Source: Candidatus Obscuribacterales bacterium
Lineage (GTDB): Bacteria; Cyanobacteriota; Vampirovibrionia; Obscuribacterales; Obscuribacteraceae
Reading direction: 5' to 3'
Length of the DNA stretch: 64,000 bases
Assembly (NCBI GenBank): GCA_965228855.1
Contig: CBDDIJ010000002.1
Coordinates: forward strand, 416,001-480,000
Shown here: positions 42,046 through 53,529 of the stretch, piece by piece
How positions within the stretch are numbered: the stretch's first letter is position 1
How the letters are laid out: each line of letters opens with the position of its first letter
The notes under the pieces: model-generated
Databases searched by the model: none
What the model was told of the DNA's origin: nothing
The model's input: the letters and a program-made list of their open reading frames with translations, nothing else
Position numbers and translations under genes: made by a program

Positions 42046-42711
42046 ATGAGATTCAAAGTACTCTTGGCGACAATGCTAATAGCTGCAGCCTCGATAAGCG
42101 CGGTTGACGCACAGGATAGAACAGGTCTGTATCTGCGCGGCACTCAGCACCAGCGCGGCGGCGACGCAATCGCTCAAGAGACGGCAATCCTGTTTATCTA
42201 CGACGGATGCAAGTGCAAGGCATACGACCAATCCAAGATTACAGCCCACGACACCTGCCAGGTCGAAGCCTACGGTCAAGCCACCGTGACAGCCAAGGCT
42301 GAAACGAAGATTCGCGCATTCGATACCACAAGAGTGATCGCATCCAACTCTGCAGTCATCGATGCAAACGGCAGTGCCAACGTTTTAGCAGATCAAAAAG
42401 TGACGGTCAACGCACACGGCAACGTCAACGTTAACGGCGAAGACGAGGTCGTGATCAACGCGGACGGCAACTGCACCATTTTTGCCAGAGACAAATCAAA
42501 AGTGACCGCCACGGGAAATTGCATCGTCATGGCGCTTGGGCAGTCAACTGTCACAGCGACTGGCAACGTTCACATCAAAGCTTACGATCAATCCAAAGTG
42601 AACGCGAAGGGCGAGTGCAGCGTGGAAGCCTGGGGTACGTCCGAAATCACGACCGAGGGCAAGTGCGAAGTCGAGGCTCATGACAGCACGGTTAAGGTCA
42701 ACAAAGGCTAA
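42046..42711 (+). CDS. Secreted beta-solenoid protein with 8-residue repeats
   Basis: Signal peptide; about 20 octapeptide units such as AYDQSKIT, AHDTCQVE, AYGQATVT. Confidence 0.8.
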   Translation: MRFKVLLATMLIAAASISAVDAQDRTGLYLRGTQHQRGGDAIAQETAILFIYDGCKCKAYDQSKITAHDTCQVEAYGQATVTAKAETKIRAFDTTRVIASNSAVIDANGSANVLADQKVTVNAHGNVNVNGEDEVVINADGNCTIFARDKSKVTATGNCIVMALGQSTVTATGNVHIKAYDQSKVNAKGECSVEAWGTSEITTEGKCEVEAHDSTVKVNKG

Positions 42712-42756
42712 ACCGTTTCGCATCGCCACCATTCACGCGACAATCAGCAATAATCA

Positions 42757-42785
42757 AAGCCCCCAGTCGCAGGACCGGGGGCTTT
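42757..42785. terminator. Bidirectional terminator-like hairpin
   Basis: AAAGCCCCC...GGGGGCTTT between convergent genes. Confidence 0.6.
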
Positions 42786-42830
42786 CAATTTATGCTAGCG
42801 AAACGTTCCCGTTTCACACATCAATTTCCA

Positions 42831-43895
42831 CTAAGCGATGGTTACATCTTTGCAGAGGTAGACATCCTGGATGGCGTTGAGAAGCTCAATACCATCTTTC
42901 ATCGGCTTTTGGAAAGCCTTGCGTCCCGAAATAAGTCCGGTGCCGCCTGCTCTCTTGTTCACCACAGCCGTCATGATTGCTTGCTCGAGGTCATTGGAGC
43001 CGGATGCGCCGCCGGAGTTGATCAATCCAGCGCGACCCATGTAGCAGTTCATGACCTGGTAGCGAGTCAAATCGATCGGGTGATCGGTGGTCAATTCGGA
43101 GTAGACGCGTGAGTCTGTTTTTCCGAACTTCAATGCGTTGTAACCGCCATTGTTCTCAGGCATTTTTTGCTTGATGATATCGGCTTCGATTGTGACGCCG
43201 AGGTGGTTGGCTTGACCGGTGAGGTCAGCGGAAACGTGGTAGTCGACGCCGTCTTTGACGAACGCGGAGTTTCTGACGTAGCACCAGAGGATGGTCGCCA
43301 TGCCCAGTTCATGAGCGCGGTGGAAAGCTTCCGATACTTCCTGGATTTGTCTTTTCGATTCTTCCGATCCGAAGTAGATCGTTGCGCCAACCGCAGCAGC
43401 TCCCAATTCCCAGGCTTGTTCGACAGCGCCGAACATAATCTGGTCGTATGAGTTCGGGTAGGAGATGAATTCGTTGTGGTTGATTTTAACGATGAAGGGA
43501 ATCTTGTGCGCATATTTGCGCGAGATCGTTCCCAGCACACCATAGGTAGTGGCAACAGCGTTGCAACCGCCTTCGATAGCCAGCTTGATGATGTTCTCAC
43601 CATCGAAATAAATCGGGTTCTTTGCAAAAGAAGCGCCGGCGGAGTGCTCGATGCCCTGGTCTACAGGAAGAATCGAGAGATAGCCTGTGCCTGCCAGGCG
43701 TCCGTGGTTGTAGATCGCTTGAAGATTGCGGAGAACTTGAGGATTTCTGTCGCTCTGCATCCAGACGCGGTCTACGAAGTCGGGACCGGGAAGATGGAGC
43801 GATTCTTTATCAACTTTAGCTTTATGGTTGAGGTAAAACGAAGCCTTGTCGCCAAGAGCTTTTTCGATACTAGACAATTCTGTCATGACTGGCAT
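42831..43895 (-). CDS. fbaB: Class I fructose-bisphosphate aldolase
   Basis: [34 protein letters not shown]. Confidence 0.95.
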   Translation of the reverse strand: MPVMTELSSIEKALGDKASFYLNHKAKVDKESLHLPGPDFVDRVWMQSDRNPQVLRNLQAIYNHGRLAGTGYLSILPVDQGIEHSAGASFAKNPIYFDGENIIKLAIEGGCNAVATTYGVLGTISRKYAHKIPFIVKINHNEFISYPNSYDQIMFGAVEQAWELGAAAVGATIYFGSEESKRQIQEVSEAFHRAHELGMATILWCYVRNSAFVKDGVDYHVSADLTGQANHLGVTIEADIIKQKMPENNGGYNALKFGKTDSRVYSELTTDHPIDLTRYQVMNCYMGRAGLINSGGASGSNDLEQAIMTAVVNKRAGGTGLISGRKAFQKPMKDGIELLNAIQDVYLCKDVTIA

Positions 43896-44078
43896 GATGC
43901 TTAATGCCTCCGATGGGGTCGTGTGTTAGCTGTCTAGCCGACCTGGTCGACTGAGCTAACGCAATAAACTACCAAGAAATCATCTTAAAGCGAACAATTC
44001 GTACGAAACTTTGAACAATTACCGCAACGCAACATAACAATCGCTGTCCGGCGGTAATGTTTTCTCCGCCAACCCCTG

Positions 44079-44492
44079 CTAGTGCGCGCCGCTTCCATCT
44101 ACCGGCTGTGACAGCTCGAGAAGCACTCCGCAAGTCGCTTTTGGGTGGAGGAACGCAATCGAGGCACCATCGGCACCTGTTCGCGGTTTCTCATCAATAA
44201 GCTTCACGCCCTTCTCTTTGAGCTTCCCAAGCTCATCTTCGATATCATCGACACCCATGCAAATATGATGCAAGCCCGTTCCCCGTTTAGCTATAAACTT
44301 TCCAACAGGAGTGTCCGGGCTGAGCGGCTCCAGAAGCTCGATGTGCGTGTTTCCAACATCCAGTTTCGCCACGGTAACGCCCTGCTCTTCCACCACTTCG
44401 ATGGTGATGCAGTCGAGCCCCAAGGTTTCCTTATAGAACTTGAGCGACTCTTCAAGATTTTCGACAGCAACAGCTATGTGATCGATGCGCAC
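44079..44492 (-). CDS. mce: Methylmalonyl-CoA epimerase
   Basis: IDHIAVAV, IELLEP, GLHHI, FLHPK..GVLLEL. Confidence 0.88.
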   Translation of the reverse strand: MRIDHIAVAVENLEESLKFYKETLGLDCITIEVVEEQGVTVAKLDVGNTHIELLEPLSPDTPVGKFIAKRGTGLHHICMGVDDIEDELGKLKEKGVKLIDEKPRTGADGASIAFLHPKATCGVLLELSQPVDGSGAH

Positions 44493-44530
44493 AAAACTTT
44501 CTCCCTGGTTGTTGGAACGGCTGGAACGGT

Positions 44531-44971
44531 TTATGGTCCAAAGCCTGATGCGCGCTCGAAAAACTTGTGAATGATGTTGAACTTTCTCAATTCGCTGAAC
44601 TCATCGTATTCCTTCCAGGTGCTCATTAAACGCGTTTGGCGCTCAATCAACGTTACCTGGTCGAACGGCTGCCAGACCTCGCCTCGCCACTTCGGATCAT
44701 AATAGAATTTGTTCAACGCCGTGGTGAGATTTACGGTTGTATCGACGTTCAATATAAAGTCCTGACCGTCGTCGCGAACAGGGAAGGTGTTGGCTTCGCC
44801 GGGCGGAGTGACCAGACCGCCGCGCGCTATCGCATGCGGTTCATTGAGATATGAACGTTTGCGATGAAACAGCGAAAATAGCCCAGCATGGGCACTTTCA
44901 ACAGTTCCCAAGGTGAAGATACAAAAAAGTATCAAACTTGTGCAAATTCTAATCTTCGATCTTCGATTCAC
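44531..44971 (-). CDS. Hypothetical secreted protein
   Basis: Signal peptide ending AHA. Confidence 0.65.
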   Translation of the reverse strand: MNRRSKIRICTSLILFCIFTLGTVESAHAGLFSLFHRKRSYLNEPHAIARGGLVTPPGEANTFPVRDDGQDFILNVDTTVNLTTALNKFYYDPKWRGEVWQPFDQVTLIERQTRLMSTWKEYDEFSELRKFNIIHKFFERASGFGP

Positions 44972-45159
44972 TCGTTATCTCGCTTCCAAGGGTCCGGTAT
45001 CAAGTCCTGAGCCGAATTTGTCAAATACCATCATACGCCATAGTAGTCTCGTTTGCGCAAGAAAGTCCGTAACTTAAACGAAGGGCATGTCTTAATCGCT
45101 TGGCGTCTAGTAAACTGGGCACTTGTCTTAGTTCAGCCCTGGTTCTGGAGAACATGGTT

Positions 45160-46413
45160 ATGGTAACGAGAAACGAGAAGCGCGAGATTTCAGCACGCTT
45201 GAGATACACGAGCCTTCTTCTTGGAATCTCATCACTTTCACTTTTATCAGCACCCGCATTCGCGCAAGCAGAGGACGAGAAATCCATCAGCGATCTGTCC
45301 TACGATCAGGCTCTTCAGAAGCTGATGGAGACTAAGCAAGAAAGCGACGCGGCTGCTAATTGGGAACGACGCCAGAAAAAAATTCCCAGCAACGTCGATC
45401 CGCAACGCTTCATTCAAGAAGAGATGACGAAAACCTCTAGTACGGTAAACCCGACGCAGGTTCAACCAATCAAAGTCGAAGGCGATCTGTCGCAAGCGCG
45501 AAAAGTCGGTTTGGGCGGCAAGCCCGCAGCGAACGATGGCTCCGACCAACAAAACGTCGGAGGCTGGACGGAGCAGGAACAAGCTCTCGCCCCGCAACAG
45601 GAGCAAGAGCAAGAAACTGCCTACACCGAAGCGCCCGTTCCGACGCCGGCAGTCCGAAAGAAAACTGGGGGCTTCACTACAGTCTTTGATGCCACATCCG
45701 GTGCCGGAGCGCAAACCAGACCGGTTGCAAATCAGTCGGACACAACCGCTGAAGAGTCTGATGCTCCCGGTGGCAATGAAACCGAAATCGTAGAAGAGGA
45801 GCAAGAGAAACCAAAGTCAGCGGCAGTAGTCGCAAAAGACGCAGTAGCCGTCTACAACGCCGCAGTTAAATTGCATCTTTCCGGAAAACTCGACGAGGCG
45901 GTCAGCGAGTACAGAACAGCACTGGCTGCCAATCCCGAGCTGAGCCAGGCACACTGCAACCTCGGTTTGATTTTCAACCAGCAACATGACTACGCCAAAG
46001 CCATCAGCGAATTCAACAAGGCTCTGGCGATCGATCCGAAAGACGCGATCACCTATAACGGTTTAGGCGCCGCATACAGAGCTCAAAAAGACCTCGACGG
46101 TGCCGTGAAAAACTGGAGCACCGCAGTTACGATCGACCCGAAACTGGCAACCGCTCACTATAACCTGGGCACGGTCTACGAGATTCAGAAGAACTTCGAC
46201 AAAGCGACCGAAGCCTACGAGGAAGCGATTAAGAACGACTTCCGACTGGGCGAAGCGCATTATCGCCTCGGTTTGATTCTCATGAAGAAAAACCGCACGG
46301 AAGACGCAAAAGAGCAGTTCAACAAGGCACTTCAGGTATCGAAGAATGCCGAATACTGCGCCGATGCCAGAAAGCGTCTAGCCGCTCTCGAAATGCCGGC
46401 ACCGACAAGATAG
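45160..46413 (+). CDS. Secreted TPR-repeat protein
   Basis: Signal peptide, disordered linker, about 5 TPRs (AHCNLG, YNGLG, AHYNLG, AHYRLG). Confidence 0.85.
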   Translation: MVTRNEKREISARLRYTSLLLGISSLSLLSAPAFAQAEDEKSISDLSYDQALQKLMETKQESDAAANWERRQKKIPSNVDPQRFIQEEMTKTSSTVNPTQVQPIKVEGDLSQARKVGLGGKPAANDGSDQQNVGGWTEQEQALAPQQEQEQETAYTEAPVPTPAVRKKTGGFTTVFDATSGAGAQTRPVANQSDTTAEESDAPGGNETEIVEEEQEKPKSAAVVAKDAVAVYNAAVKLHLSGKLDEAVSEYRTALAANPELSQAHCNLGLIFNQQHDYAKAISEFNKALAIDPKDAITYNGLGAAYRAQKDLDGAVKNWSTAVTIDPKLATAHYNLGTVYEIQKNFDKATEAYEEAIKNDFRLGEAHYRLGLILMKKNRTEDAKEQFNKALQVSKNAEYCADARKRLAALEMPAPTR

Positions 46414-46473
46414 CGCCACTAGCGTTTTCGATATTTGAAACGGCATCCGTCAAGGGTGCCGCTTTTTTTACCA

Positions 46474-46965
46474 CTATGGGCAACTGTCGCTTTTGATTCT
46501 GTCGACTACTCTCGTCGTGCTTTTATTCGGCACAAGGGCGAGAATTTCGACTCTCCCCCCATAAGACTCCACCACAGGAGTTTCAGCCAGGTCAGAGGGC
46601 TTGTAATCGCTCCCTTTGACGTGAATATTCGGTTTAGCCTCGGTCAGAAATTCGACGGGAGTATCTTCATCGAAAATGGTTACGTAATCGACGCACGCCA
46701 GAGCGGATAGAACCTCGGCGCGGTCCTGTTCACTATTAATCGGTCTTGTCGGTCCTTTAAGTTTCTGCACGGACGCATCACTGTTTATCCCGACGACGAG
46801 CAGGTCGCCCAGTGCGCGTGCTTGCTGGAGAATGCGAACGTGACCGACGTGGAGAATGTCAAAACAACCATTGGTCGTTACTACCACTCGTTTCGCCTCT
46901 CGCGCTTGCTTGCAGATCTCGGCAAGCTCACTTCTCTCAACCAAACGTCCCATCCCACTCTCCAT
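46474..46965 (-). CDS. rfaE2: D-glycero-beta-D-manno-heptose 1-phosphate adenylyltransferase
   Basis: TNGCFDILHVGH, GINSDASV..LKG..RP, KGSDY, STT. Confidence 0.9.
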   Translation of the reverse strand: MESGMGRLVERSELAEICKQAREAKRVVVTTNGCFDILHVGHVRILQQARALGDLLVVGINSDASVQKLKGPTRPINSEQDRAEVLSALACVDYVTIFDEDTPVEFLTEAKPNIHVKGSDYKPSDLAETPVVESYGGRVEILALVPNKSTTRVVDRIKSDSCP

Positions 46966-47576
46966 TTCTTAAGACCGGTCTTCTGATCACGGAAGCTGAC
47001 AATATCACAGATACGAGGTTGCGCGGATGGTTTCTCACAAACGGTTGAAACCGCTTGCAGCGGTTCCCACCCCATTCGGAACGCGCTGCTGGCACTGATA
47101 TTGTGCGAGATCATCCTCAACGGTCTAAGGAAAGCTAATATCACAAACGCCACCAAAGCTGATGTGCTGCCGTTTTCGCCGGACTCATATTTGCAAATAT
47201 CGAAATACCCAGGTTAGTAGGGATGTGTAGCGCCGGAAAACGTGAAGAAATTATTGAGACAAAACCGCATCCCCGACTCGCAAACGCTGTCACAATGAGC
47301 TCTCCCGGTCCCGACGCACCCCTTTGACAAGCCCATCTCTATTTAACGTATGGTGAGTAAATACATCCGCACTCCGCATCAAGCCAAGGACACACCCACC
47401 AACTTCGAGTTCCCCCCAGTCTTCCTCTGCTAATCAGGCTCCAACCGAGCCGGAATCACTAACGCTGTGACACCTGATTCGGTGCCAGGCGTTGACGCAA
47501 ATTCAGTCGCACTTCGGTGCAGACTATCGTGTTTCGACATTTCCATTCACTCTCCTGAATTACGGAGACCAAGGTC

Positions 47577-48791
47577 ATGAAACGATTCAACTGGCGCTCT
47601 CGCGACAGTCTTCGCATCTGCGTGGCTGCCGTGCTGGCGTTCTTCATCCTGGGCGGCGCCATCGTCGCCTTCCAGGCGCTTCGTCCGGCGAAACCGCCAA
47701 TCATCGTCCGCATCGTTCCGTCGGACACGGACGAGATCACCGCGCACGGTGCCATCACAAAGGTGAAAGCGCCGGACGGCACTGTGCTGGAAGTGCACAC
47801 GCCCTACCCCGACGGCAGTGTCGGTCACCAGTACTTCCGGACGGACGGCACGCTGCGCGAAACCAGGGAGCACTATCCGCAGCGCAGCAACTCCGACGAA
47901 CCGGTGCTCAAGTCAAAAAGCACCTGGGCCGCCGACGGCAAAACTTTCGAGTACGGAGAGGCTTACAGACCGGACGGCTCGCTCTGGTTCTCACACAGGG
48001 ACCTGCCCGACAACAAGCGCGAGGAGACCTTCTACTTCACGGGCGGCTACAAGTTCTCCAGCGCCACCAGGGTCAAGGGGCAGAGCGCGCTGGAAACGCG
48101 CTACTACCACCAGACCGGCAACCTGTGGGCCTTAGAGCAACACGAGCGCAACCAATGGGGCTCGTACAACGAAAAGGTTCTGTCCATCTACGACGCCTCC
48201 GGCAAACACAAGATGTATAAGGTAAACCAGGTCAGCGCCAACGAGACCGTCGACGGCTTCACTCCCAGCAGTTACGGTCGACTGGTAACCTTTTACAACG
48301 AGGACGGCAAGCGCACACACCGCCAGTGGTGCAACAACTACTGGAACTCCTTTCTCGGCTCGCAAGGCAACCTCCTGTCTGTGAGCGTATTCGACACGAA
48401 CACCGACACGGTAACCAAAACCTTCGAGGTGGACGACGGCGGACAAAACGTCAAACTGAAGACGCTGACTTTCGCCTCCGGAGCAAAGAAAGTCTTTCGC
48501 GATTTCGGGAAGATGCGAACGGTTTCGCTCGAAAAATTGACCATTCAAGGACAGGTCAAGGAGCGGTTTCTGGTCATGGGAACGGTTTCGTACGAACTCG
48601 ACGCCGGCGGCGTGCGGACCGATCACGACGACTCGGAACGCTTGTACGAGATCGTTGACACAGCACTCCTCGCCCGCAACTCGGGTGAAACCGACTTCCG
48701 CGACCGCCGCACCCAGTCTCAAGCCGAAAACCGCTCGGTCCTGGGTCCTCGCGACGACAGCGACCCGGTGAAGTGGTACCACAGACAGTGA
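47577..48791 (+). CDS. Membrane-anchored protein with MORN/YwqK-like repeats
   Basis: N-terminal TM; YFRTDGTL, YRPDGSL, YHQTGNL, FYNEDGK. Confidence 0.7.
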   Translation: MKRFNWRSRDSLRICVAAVLAFFILGGAIVAFQALRPAKPPIIVRIVPSDTDEITAHGAITKVKAPDGTVLEVHTPYPDGSVGHQYFRTDGTLRETREHYPQRSNSDEPVLKSKSTWAADGKTFEYGEAYRPDGSLWFSHRDLPDNKREETFYFTGGYKFSSATRVKGQSALETRYYHQTGNLWALEQHERNQWGSYNEKVLSIYDASGKHKMYKVNQVSANETVDGFTPSSYGRLVTFYNEDGKRTHRQWCNNYWNSFLGSQGNLLSVSVFDTNTDTVTKTFEVDDGGQNVKLKTLTFASGAKKVFRDFGKMRTVSLEKLTIQGQVKERFLVMGTVSYELDAGGVRTDHDDSERLYEIVDTALLARNSGETDFRDRRTQSQAENRSVLGPRDDSDPVKWYHRQ

Positions 48792-48905
48792 CGCACCCAG
48801 CGCCACGGTTCTTTTACAAGCCCGCAACAACTGCGGGCTGAATTCTTAACACATGCTCGGCGCCCCGATGGTGCCGAGCGCATTCGAGAAAGTGAGAACC
48901 CAACC

Positions 48906-50060
48906 ATGATGGAAGCCATCTACAATTGGCAGTTCATCCGCTTCGCCGAGCCGGTCTGGCTCTGGCTGGCGACTGGACTGATTTTACTGATTCCGATGTG
49001 GAAACGTCTGCGGCCCGCGCTCGCACACACGCACACGGGCATGCATAAGATCCGCTCCTCGAGCTGGCCGACAAAGGTCTGCCTGGCACTCTTCGCCGGC
49101 ACATGGCTGGCTATGACCGGCGCCATGATGAAGCCTCGCCTGACCCATCAAGAGATGCACGAGTACCTGGAGACCAGGGACTTCGTCATCGGCATCGACC
49201 GCTCAGGTTCGATGTACAGCGCCGACATCGAGTCTGCGGAGCTGCGCAGCGAGATCGACAATTTCGAGCAGGGCGAACGCGACAACGAGACGAAGCTTCG
49301 CGAGAAGTTTCCGACGCTGTACCCGTACCCGGCCGAAGATCCAAGCAAGCAACAGAAGGTGGAAGCAGGCAAGGTACAGCGCTTCCAGCTAGCACGCTAC
49401 GCCGCGTACCAGTTCCTCAAATCGCGTCCCGAAGGTGACCGCGCCGCCATGTTCACCTTCGACGACGAACCCTACTGGTCCTGGCCGCTCGGCAAGGACA
49501 TCAATGTAGTGCTGCGCAAAATTAGCGAGCTGTCGAAGGCATCCGGCGGCGGCACCAACTTCGACGGACCGTCCGGTTCCAACCGCCAGAAAGGCGCTTT
49601 TCAGGCGACCCTGGAGCAGTTCGATTCGCTCGGTCAGGCGAAGACGAAGGTGATCGTGTTCATCTCGGACGGCGATGCCGGAATCAATGAAGAACGGCAT
49701 CAATACTTCGTCGACCGCATGAAGGCTGAGGGGTCGAACATCCACATCTTCGCGCTCGTCTGTGGTTCACCCTCGCAAATGACCAATTCGAGCACGCAGT
49801 CTCTGCGCCGGCTGGTCGAGGAAGTGAACCCGAAAGATTGGCGCGACGCGCAAGGCGAAGCAGTCGACGCAGTGATCTGGGCGGGCAACGGCGAAGCTAT
49901 GAAGAAAGCCTTCGATCGAATCAGCGACCTGGAGAAATCCACGGTCGAACTCGAGGCAATCGAGAGCCACAAGCCGGTCGAGTCGGCGTTCGTGATGCTC
50001 GCCCTCGTGCTCGGTGGTCTGTTCCTGGGACTCTGCTACCTGTTCAGCGAGTCGTTCTAA
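48906..50060 (+). CDS. vWA domain membrane protein (BatA-like)
   Basis: F.EP.WLWL N-terminus, IDRSGSM MIDAS, GGT, ISDG, C-terminal TM. Confidence 0.85.
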   Translation: MMEAIYNWQFIRFAEPVWLWLATGLILLIPMWKRLRPALAHTHTGMHKIRSSSWPTKVCLALFAGTWLAMTGAMMKPRLTHQEMHEYLETRDFVIGIDRSGSMYSADIESAELRSEIDNFEQGERDNETKLREKFPTLYPYPAEDPSKQQKVEAGKVQRFQLARYAAYQFLKSRPEGDRAAMFTFDDEPYWSWPLGKDINVVLRKISELSKASGGGTNFDGPSGSNRQKGAFQATLEQFDSLGQAKTKVIVFISDGDAGINEERHQYFVDRMKAEGSNIHIFALVCGSPSQMTNSSTQSLRRLVEEVNPKDWRDAQGEAVDAVIWAGNGEAMKKAFDRISDLEKSTVELEAIESHKPVESAFVMLALVLGGLFLGLCYLFSESF

Positions 50061-50079
50061 CTTCACTGGAGACATTCAC

Positions 50080-51045
50080 ATGAAATTCATTCGTAACTGG
50101 CTCTGGCTGCTGCCTGCGCTTGGCGCCGGCATCCCCGGCAGCCTGGCGGCGGTGAGCTTGTTTCAAGGCGACTTCGCAGCGGCGATCAACCGGGGGCTGG
50201 CAGCGCTGGTCCTCTTCGCCGTCGGCACCGTCGCCGCCGCGACCTTCTCCGGGGCGCTCAAAGCCTGGGCGGAATGGCTCGGAGACTCGCTTATCGCCAT
50301 GTTCAACTTCCGCGCCGGCGGCATCGCGCACCATCTGTGGCAGGTGCCCGTCGGTCTAACCGCGCTGGCCGGTCTCTATGCCGGCTTCAAGCTGCACTTC
50401 AACACAGCGACGCTCATCCACGTTTATGTGCTGGTCGGCGCCGTGTCCTTCCTCGCGCTCTACGGCGCCCTCTATCTGCTCCACACGAAGTGGGCGAAAC
50501 CGGCGTTCGTCGGGGCGGGAGTGGTGGTGCTTGCAATCGGTTTATACCTGTGGAGCTATCGCTCCGCGCAGGTCGACCTGTACAACGCCGGCATCGCCGC
50601 GATGGACCAGGGCGATATTCCGACAGCGGTAAAACTGTTCGACGCCTCGGTCGCGGCTTACAAACAAGAATCCAGCCGGTCCCAGCTCGCCAGGCTGATT
50701 CTGCCGGAACCGAATAAGGATCTGGAAGCACGCGCGCACTTTCACAAGGGCAACTGCCTGGTCAAGGCGCGCAAAACCAAGGATGCCGTCAAGGCTTACG
50801 TCGAGAGCCTGCAGTCCAATCCGGGCAACTGCTTCGAGGGCATCACCCTGGAGGAAGCGGCCAGTCGGTACAACGACGCGCTGCAAACCATGGCAAATCT
50901 GGAGAAGCTTTTCTCTTCGGGTCAGAGCGGCGGCAAAGCTACCGGCAACGGCAAGCAACGCGGTCAGGGTCAACCTCAGCCCGGTCCGTCGCGAGACCGC
51001 CAGCCCAATCCCGGCGCGGGACGTCAGCCCCGAGACACTCTGTAA
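50080..51045 (+). CDS. Membrane protein with TPR domain (BatC-like)
   Basis: TM bundle, LYNAG, AHFHKGNCL, NLE, Gln/Gly/Pro tail. Confidence 0.75.
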   Translation: MKFIRNWLWLLPALGAGIPGSLAAVSLFQGDFAAAINRGLAALVLFAVGTVAAATFSGALKAWAEWLGDSLIAMFNFRAGGIAHHLWQVPVGLTALAGLYAGFKLHFNTATLIHVYVLVGAVSFLALYGALYLLHTKWAKPAFVGAGVVVLAIGLYLWSYRSAQVDLYNAGIAAMDQGDIPTAVKLFDASVAAYKQESSRSQLARLILPEPNKDLEARAHFHKGNCLVKARKTKDAVKAYVESLQSNPGNCFEGITLEEAASRYNDALQTMANLEKLFSSGQSGGKATGNGKQRGQGQPQPGPSRDRQPNPGAGRQPRDTL

Positions 51046-51083
51046 TTCACCACTAACCACAACCTCTCAGAGGAGGGTTTTAC

Positions 51084-52253
51084 ATGAATATGTTCGGACG
51101 ATTCGTCGAATTCGAGCATCCGGAGTACGTCGCCTACTCCTGGCTGCCTGTGCTTCTCGTGGTGGCGATCTGCGTGGCGAGCTGGTACTCGCTCAAGCGC
51201 TTTCAGAAAGCCTACGCCAACCCCGAGCACTTGCGAAGCAGCACCCGCACTTCGTCTGTGGCGGGGCTGTTTGTCAAAACCGTCGGCTGGTCGCTCGTCA
51301 CCTTCGCATTGTTCGCCGCGCTGGCCGAGCCGTTCGAGAAGAACGCCGCCGTCACCGTCCCACAGGGCAGCTTGCACGTGGTCGGAGCCTTCGACGTCTC
51401 CAAATCCATGGCGGCTGAGGACTATCGCTTCAGCATGCCGACGCGGGACGGCGGACCGCCAATCGGACCGTGGGGTTCACGCCTGCAGAAGGCGAAGACC
51501 GAGTTTACCGAGCAAATCTTCAAAGTGATCCCCGGCAACAAAATCGGGCTCGTCACCTACACGGCCGACGGCTATCCCCAGGCGCCTCTCTGCGAGGACT
51601 ACGGGACTCTGCGCTATCTGCTCCACAACAGTGGATGGATGGGGATCGGCTCGGCACCGGGTGGCGGGTCCGACTACGTGCAAGGGCTCAGGCTGTCGAT
51701 CCATACGCTGCGGCGCGACTTCGACAAAAACAAACGTCAGGTGATCGTGCTCTTCTCGGACGGCGGCGCGCCCACGTTCGACAATCAGGAGGACACCGCC
51801 AACTGGCAGAAGGAGCTTGGCGAAACGCTGGAGGAACTCAACGCGTTGCGCACCGCTTGCGGTGGCAACCTGTCAGTCGTCGTCATCGGAGTGGGCGGGC
51901 ATCAGGACATGATGATTCCTGTCTACAACGAGCGTACCGGCGAGCGCTTCGATTGGTTTCCCCTCGATAAAGAGGAGAAGGAAAAAACCAAGATCGACGA
52001 AAGCGGTCTCAAGGAACTGGCCGCTAAGGTCGGGGGCACCTACGTCTGGCTGGACATCTCGGAAGCGACGAAACTGCCGCTCGACTGGGCGTCGGTTATC
52101 GGGGGTCAGAAGACCGTACAGGGCAAGCTTCCGCTCGCCAGCTTCCCGGTTGCCTTCGCAATGATCGTCGCTGCCCTGCTCATCCTGCGCGGGCTATTCC
52201 GCCCGGCTCACCAGATCGCCGCGCGACCGGTGCAAATCCGCAAGCGCCCTTGA
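51084..52253 (+). CDS. vWA domain membrane protein (BatB-like)
   Basis: FDVSKSMAAED, SRL..AK, APL..DY, LFSDG, IGVG. Confidence 0.85.
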   Translation: MNMFGRFVEFEHPEYVAYSWLPVLLVVAICVASWYSLKRFQKAYANPEHLRSSTRTSSVAGLFVKTVGWSLVTFALFAALAEPFEKNAAVTVPQGSLHVVGAFDVSKSMAAEDYRFSMPTRDGGPPIGPWGSRLQKAKTEFTEQIFKVIPGNKIGLVTYTADGYPQAPLCEDYGTLRYLLHNSGWMGIGSAPGGGSDYVQGLRLSIHTLRRDFDKNKRQVIVLFSDGGAPTFDNQEDTANWQKELGETLEELNALRTACGGNLSVVVIGVGGHQDMMIPVYNERTGERFDWFPLDKEEKEKTKIDESGLKELAAKVGGTYVWLDISEATKLPLDWASVIGGQKTVQGKLPLASFPVAFAMIVAALLILRGLFRPAHQIAARPVQIRKRP

Positions 52254-52361
52254 AGATGTTTCGGAACTGAATTTCTTACAGGCGGAGTCGCGTCTGACTT
52301 CGCCTTCCTCTAGGTCGGGCGCCACCAGTCGTGGTGCCTATTTTCTCAACGGAGTTTTGAT

Positions 52362-53387
<1,026 letters not shown>

Positions 53388-53529
53388 GTCAATCACCCAG
53401 AACCGCAACCTGCACCACATGCGGTGCAGGTTCAAACCGGAGGCGCGAACCAGCCGGTGAGAATCGGCTGTTCGCGCCTTTCGGTTGGGTTTGTTTCTAA
53501 AACCTTCTCTCTGAATGAACGGAGACAAT

